A DNA stretch of 64,000 nt from Bacteroidales bacterium (lineage in GTDB: Bacteria > Bacteroidota > Bacteroidia > Bacteroidales > UBA12077), in the NCBI GenBank assembly GCA_028282585.1, contig JANQHR010000149.1, positions 1-64,000 of the forward strand, read 5' to 3'. How positions within the stretch are numbered: the first letter of the stretch is position 1; each line of letters opens with the position of its first letter. Position numbers and translations under genes: made by a program. Below the pieces are notes generated by a model. It had not been told where the DNA came from. It saw only the letters and a program-made list of their open reading frames with translations, and did not search any database. Positions 60,420 to 64,000 of the stretch are shown here, in pieces.

Positions 60420-62810
60420 ATGAAAACAATTAAATTATACTTATCCCAATTAATTTTATTTATTATCATCACAACCAACGCTTTTGCGCAGCATACAGAC
60501 GCTAATATTGTTGGGCACGTTACGGATAAAAATGGCGAACATATTCCATTTGCCACGATTGTGCTTCAAAATACAACTGTTGGAACAGCCACAGACGAAA
60601 CCGGTCATTACAGTTTAATTAATATGCCCATAGGAAAATTTGTTATTAGAGCAACAGCAGTTGGTTACAAACCTCAAGAAAAAGAGGTAGAGCTAAAAGA
60701 AGATCTAACTATTGAAGTAAAATTTGAATTGGAAGAAGATATACTTGGCATTGAACAGGTTGTTGTTACAGCTGACAGGAACGATAAAAGAAGAACCGAA
60801 GCTTCGGTAATTGTAAATACCATAACTCCAAGAATATTTTCAGTAGCGCAAACAGCAACAATCAGTGACGGATTAAATTTCTGTCCGGGGCTTAGAATGG
60901 AAAGTAATTGTCAGAATTGTGGTTTTTCCCAAGTAAGAATGAACGGAATGGAGGGCCCTTATTCACAAATTCTAATTAATAGTCGTCCAATCTTTAGTGG
61001 TTTAGCCGGTGTTTATGGGTTGGAACTTATCCCATCAAGTATGATTGAAAGAATGGAAGTTATTCGTGGTGGAGGTTCTGCACTGTACGGAAGTAACGCG
61101 ATTGCAGGAACAATAAATCTGATCTTAAAAGATCCGATAAACAACTCTTACGAAGCTGGTATAACCTCGGGTTATACAGGTATTGGTGTTGACGGTGGTG
61201 GCAACCCGGCTTTTGATTATAATGTTAATTTTAATACTTCGTTAGTTTCGTCAGATAGTAAAACCGGTATGGCTTTATATGGTTATCATAGAAATCATGA
61301 CGCATATGATGCAAACGATGATAGTTTTTCGGAAATTACCCAGAAAAATAATATAACCGTTGGAACAAGAGTTTTTCATCGGTTTGGCCATCGTAATAAA
61401 ATAGCACTCGATTTTTTTACTATTAACGAAGACCGCAGAGGCGGTGATAGTTTAGGTTTACCTGAACATCGGGCAAATATAGCAGAATCCTTAGGTCATA
61501 AAATAACGACAGGAGCTCTATCATTTGATCAATTTTTCAGAGAAAGCGACAAATTATCATTATATACGTCCGGACAAAAAGTAAATCGCGATTCTTATTA
61601 TGGTGCTGAGCAATCTTTAAAAGATTACGGTAAAACAGTCGGCTTTACGTATATATTTGGAGCTCAATACTCTGCTAATTTTTTAAATTCTAATTTAACA
61701 GGAGGTTTTGAATATAAGGGGGAAACATTAAAAGATGAAAAGCTAGGCTATATAGATTTGGAAAATGCTCAAATTATTAATGATAACTTAGTAGCTCCAA
61801 ATGTTGGAAATAGTTTAGTGGCAGATCAAGATCTTTCAATATGGGGAGCTTTTGCTCAATATGAACGTGCTTTTAATAAATTAAGTGTTTCCGTTGGAGC
61901 CAGGTTTGATCATTATATGATTGAAGATAATGACCATAATTCAAAAAAAGAAGGAAATGTTTTAAGTCCCAGATTAACATTAAAATACGACATTCTCAAT
62001 TCACTTCAGGCTCGTTTCAGCTATTCTCAAGGATACCGTGCACCACAAATCTTCGATGAAGACCTGCATATTGAAGCATCTGCTTACAGAACTGTCATCC
62101 ATGAAAACGATCCTAACTTAAAGCAAGAAACCAGTCAGAGTTATATGGCATCATTAGACTTTAATAAATTGATCGGAAACGTAAATCTTGGATTTTTAGC
62201 AGAAGGATTTTACACGAAATTAAATGATGCTTTTGCAAGTGCACCGGAGGATCACCCAACTGAAGAAGGTGTAGTTATATATACAAGGGTAAATTCAGAA
62301 GATGGCGCTGTTGTTCAAGGAATAAATATGGAGCTAAACCTTGTTCCTGTCGGAACAGAATTCTCATTAACCGGGGGATTTACAATCCAAAAAAGCGAAT
62401 ACGAGAACCCTCAGGAAGAATTTAATGAAAAAAGCTTTTTTAGAACACCTAATAACTATGGTTATTTAACCCTGGATTGGGATTTATACAAAGGTTTTCG
62501 CTTTTCGGCAACCGGAAATTATACCGGAAGTATGTTAGTTCCGTATTACGGTACTGAACTTCCTGCCGGAGATGTAAGAGATACTGGTGAATTAAGAGAA
62601 TCAGATCCATTTTTTGATATTGGAACAAAGTTAAGCTATCAGTTTAAATTAAATGGTGCCAGTATGCAAATGTTTGCTGGAATGAAAAATATATTTAATT
62701 CTTACCAGAACGATTTTGATGTTACAAAGGACAGAGATCCTGGTTATCTATATGGTCCGTCATTACCAAGAACAGTATATTTTGGAGTTAAAATAGGTAA
62801 TCTTTTATAA
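60420..62810 (+). CDS. TonB-dependent receptor with plug CxxC motif
   Basis: GLRMESNCQNCGF, EVIRGGGSALYGSNAIAG, YRAPQIFDEDLH, YLYGP..PRTVYFG. Confidence 0.92.
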   Translation: MKTIKLYLSQLILFIIITTNAFAQHTDANIVGHVTDKNGEHIPFATIVLQNTTVGTATDETGHYSLINMPIGKFVIRATAVGYKPQEKEVELKEDLTIEVKFELEEDILGIEQVVVTADRNDKRRTEASVIVNTITPRIFSVAQTATISDGLNFCPGLRMESNCQNCGFSQVRMNGMEGPYSQILINSRPIFSGLAGVYGLELIPSSMIERMEVIRGGGSALYGSNAIAGTINLILKDPINNSYEAGITSGYTGIGVDGGGNPAFDYNVNFNTSLVSSDSKTGMALYGYHRNHDAYDANDDSFSEITQKNNITVGTRVFHRFGHRNKIALDFFTINEDRRGGDSLGLPEHRANIAESLGHKITTGALSFDQFFRESDKLSLYTSGQKVNRDSYYGAEQSLKDYGKTVGFTYIFGAQYSANFLNSNLTGGFEYKGETLKDEKLGYIDLENAQIINDNLVAPNVGNSLVADQDLSIWGAFAQYERAFNKLSVSVGARFDHYMIEDNDHNSKKEGNVLSPRLTLKYDILNSLQARFSYSQGYRAPQIFDEDLHIEASAYRTVIHENDPNLKQETSQSYMASLDFNKLIGNVNLGFLAEGFYTKLNDAFASAPEDHPTEEGVVIYTRVNSEDGAVVQGINMELNLVPVGTEFSLTGGFTIQKSEYENPQEEFNEKSFFRTPNNYGYLTLDWDLYKGFRFSATGNYTGSMLVPYYGTELPAGDVRDTGELRESDPFFDIGTKLSYQFKLNGASMQMFAGMKNIFNSYQNDFDVTKDRDPGYLYGPSLPRTVYFGVKIGNLL

Positions 62811-62871
62811 AAATTAAATTACTCAAAAACATAGTTAATATTTAAATATTTTGATCTTAAACTTAATGTGG

Positions 62872-62914
62872 AAAAGAGAGGCTTTCTAATAAAAATAGAA
62901 AGCCTCTCTTTTTT
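62872..62914 (+). terminator. Intrinsic terminator
   Basis: AAAAGAGAGGCTTTCTA-N7-TAGAAAGCCTCTCTTTT followed by T-run. Confidence 0.8.
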
Positions 62915-62970
62915 ATTTAAAATATCGCATTTTAGGTATTAAGTTGCTTAAATTCTTTTTTGATATTTGT

Positions 62971-63075
62971 AAAATAAAAATTGAAGATGATGTTTTAGTT
63001 ACCTCAAATGGATACGAAGTTCTTTCCAAGGAATTAACCAAAACTATTGAGGAAATTGAAAAACTGATGGAATAA
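62971..63075 (+). pseudogene. C-terminal remnant of an Xaa-Pro aminopeptidase (M24B, PepP-like)
   Basis: KIKIEDDVLVTSNGYEVLSKELTKTIEEIEKLME*; no start or catalytic N-terminal part. Confidence 0.65.
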
Positions 63076-63084
63076 ATAAGTTAA

Positions 63085-63110
63085 TAAAGCCGCCAAATTT
63101 AGCGGCTTTA
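63085..63110. terminator. Bidirectional terminator
   Basis: TAAAGCCGC-N8-GCGGCTTTA. Confidence 0.7.
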
Positions 63111-63126
63111 CTTACTTTATAGCCTA

Positions 63127-64000
63127 TTATTGTTTAATAAATCGCTTTGTAAAAGATCCGTTATTACTTTCAATTAATAAAATATAAATGCCACTTTTTA
63201 AATCAGCAATATTAATATTTTCTTCTTTTTCAAAGATTTGCATTTCTTTTACAACTACACCAGATAATGCAATAAACTTTACTTTAACATTTTCATATGG
63301 TACCATTATGTTTAGCTCATTTTTAGCCGGATTTGGATAAAGCTTAATTTCTTCCTCTTCCATAAACAATTCTTTTACTGTTAAAGTCTTTGCTTTAACA
63401 GCTGGTTGAGCTAAAGCAGCGGTCCGGGTAGTTTTCCCTGTAATTCTTATATTATCAATATAAACGTCATCTTTATTACCACTCGCATCACACATAAAGC
63501 GAACTTTCATTCCCGTTGGGAAATTATAGTCCAATTCATCAATTGAAACTGTTGTTGAGTAAAATACATCATTTTCAAAATCAATTGAACGAGCATAAGT
63601 TGCAACAGTATGCCAAGTCGATCCATCGTAATATTGTACCCAAAAATCTTCGCTCGAGTTATCCATACTATAAGCATAGTAATGAAATTCAACATCGATT
63701 TGAACAAATCCCGGATTATGGACATCAATTCCATTTGTTAGATAAAATGACGATGCTACTCCCGAATTATCCTGAATTCCTGCAGAATTATTTCCTTCAT
63801 AGGAATAAGTCCCGGAAGTATAAAGAAAACAATCTGCGCCTCCATCTGTCCAAACTCCCCAGCCATCTTCAAAGGTCGAATATGCAAGTTCCACATCACC
63901 TCCCGGATTATCGGCTACAATGGTTGCAGTAGTTTGGGTGCTGTTTGTAGCATTATCATTATCAGTAACTGTTAAACTAACATTGTAAACATTTGCTGTA
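63127..64000 (-). CDS. T9SS-secreted protein, 3' part (PKD domain + type A CTD); continues beyond the window
   Basis: Frame open to the window edge: YNVSLTVTDNDNAT (PKD); KLYPNPAK..LKSGIYIL..TKRFIKQ (CTD). Confidence 0.88.
   Translation of the reverse strand, partial: TANVYNVSLTVTDNDNATNSTQTTATIVADNPGGDVELAYSTFEDGWGVWTDGGADCFLYTSGTYSYEGNNSAGIQDNSGVASSFYLTNGIDVHNPGFVQIDVEFHYYAYSMDNSSEDFWVQYYDGSTWHTVATYARSIDFENDVFYSTTVSIDELDYNFPTGMKVRFMCDASGNKDDVYIDNIRITGKTTRTAALAQPAVKAKTLTVKELFMEEEEIKLYPNPAKNELNIMVPYENVKVKFIALSGVVVKEMQIFEKEENINIADLKSGIYILLIESNNGSFTKRFIKQ

Noticed and set aside
26400-62900. Integrative element or prophage
   Set aside because: No integrase, transposase, tRNA or att repeats seen; only decay scars
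3340-63932. Many 60-180 aa ORFs antisense to or nested in long genes (e.g. 42289-42834, 32408-32779, 63516-63932)
   Set aside because: Shadow frames of well-supported CDSs with no motifs

Overview
AT-rich Bacteroidota DNA (TAnnTTTG promoter elements, T9SS cargo, hmu locus) with no rRNA, tRNA or CRISPR visible. From 1 to 11.2 kb: a sigma54 two-component pair, a MacB/FtsX permease and an RND efflux pump. From 11.4 to 26.4 kb: a TBDR-DUF4876-DUF6850-ChaN-M16/M16 operon, a divergent M1 peptidase and a Y_Y_Y-LuxR regulator, which together may import and degrade iron proteins. From 26.6 to 62.8 kb: a metal/heme acquisition region with fldA, hmuR/Y/S/T/U/V-like genes, a hemerythrin-LuxR pair, two TetR modules, an IrtAB/YbtPQ-like ABC pair, six SAM methyltransferases, an AraC-TBDR-lipoprotein unit and several decayed genes. 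Two signals stand out. (1) Two paralogous membrane-anchored His-cluster leader ORFs end in RAPP/RGPP arrest motifs exactly 51 residues after the His cluster and precede metal-uptake genes, so they are candidate metal-sensing arrest peptides. (2) Five copies of a 23-bp NarL-like box each lie exactly 20 nt before a -7 element, defining a candidate regulon that includes a putative sRNA. All family assignments come from motif recognition; no database search was run.
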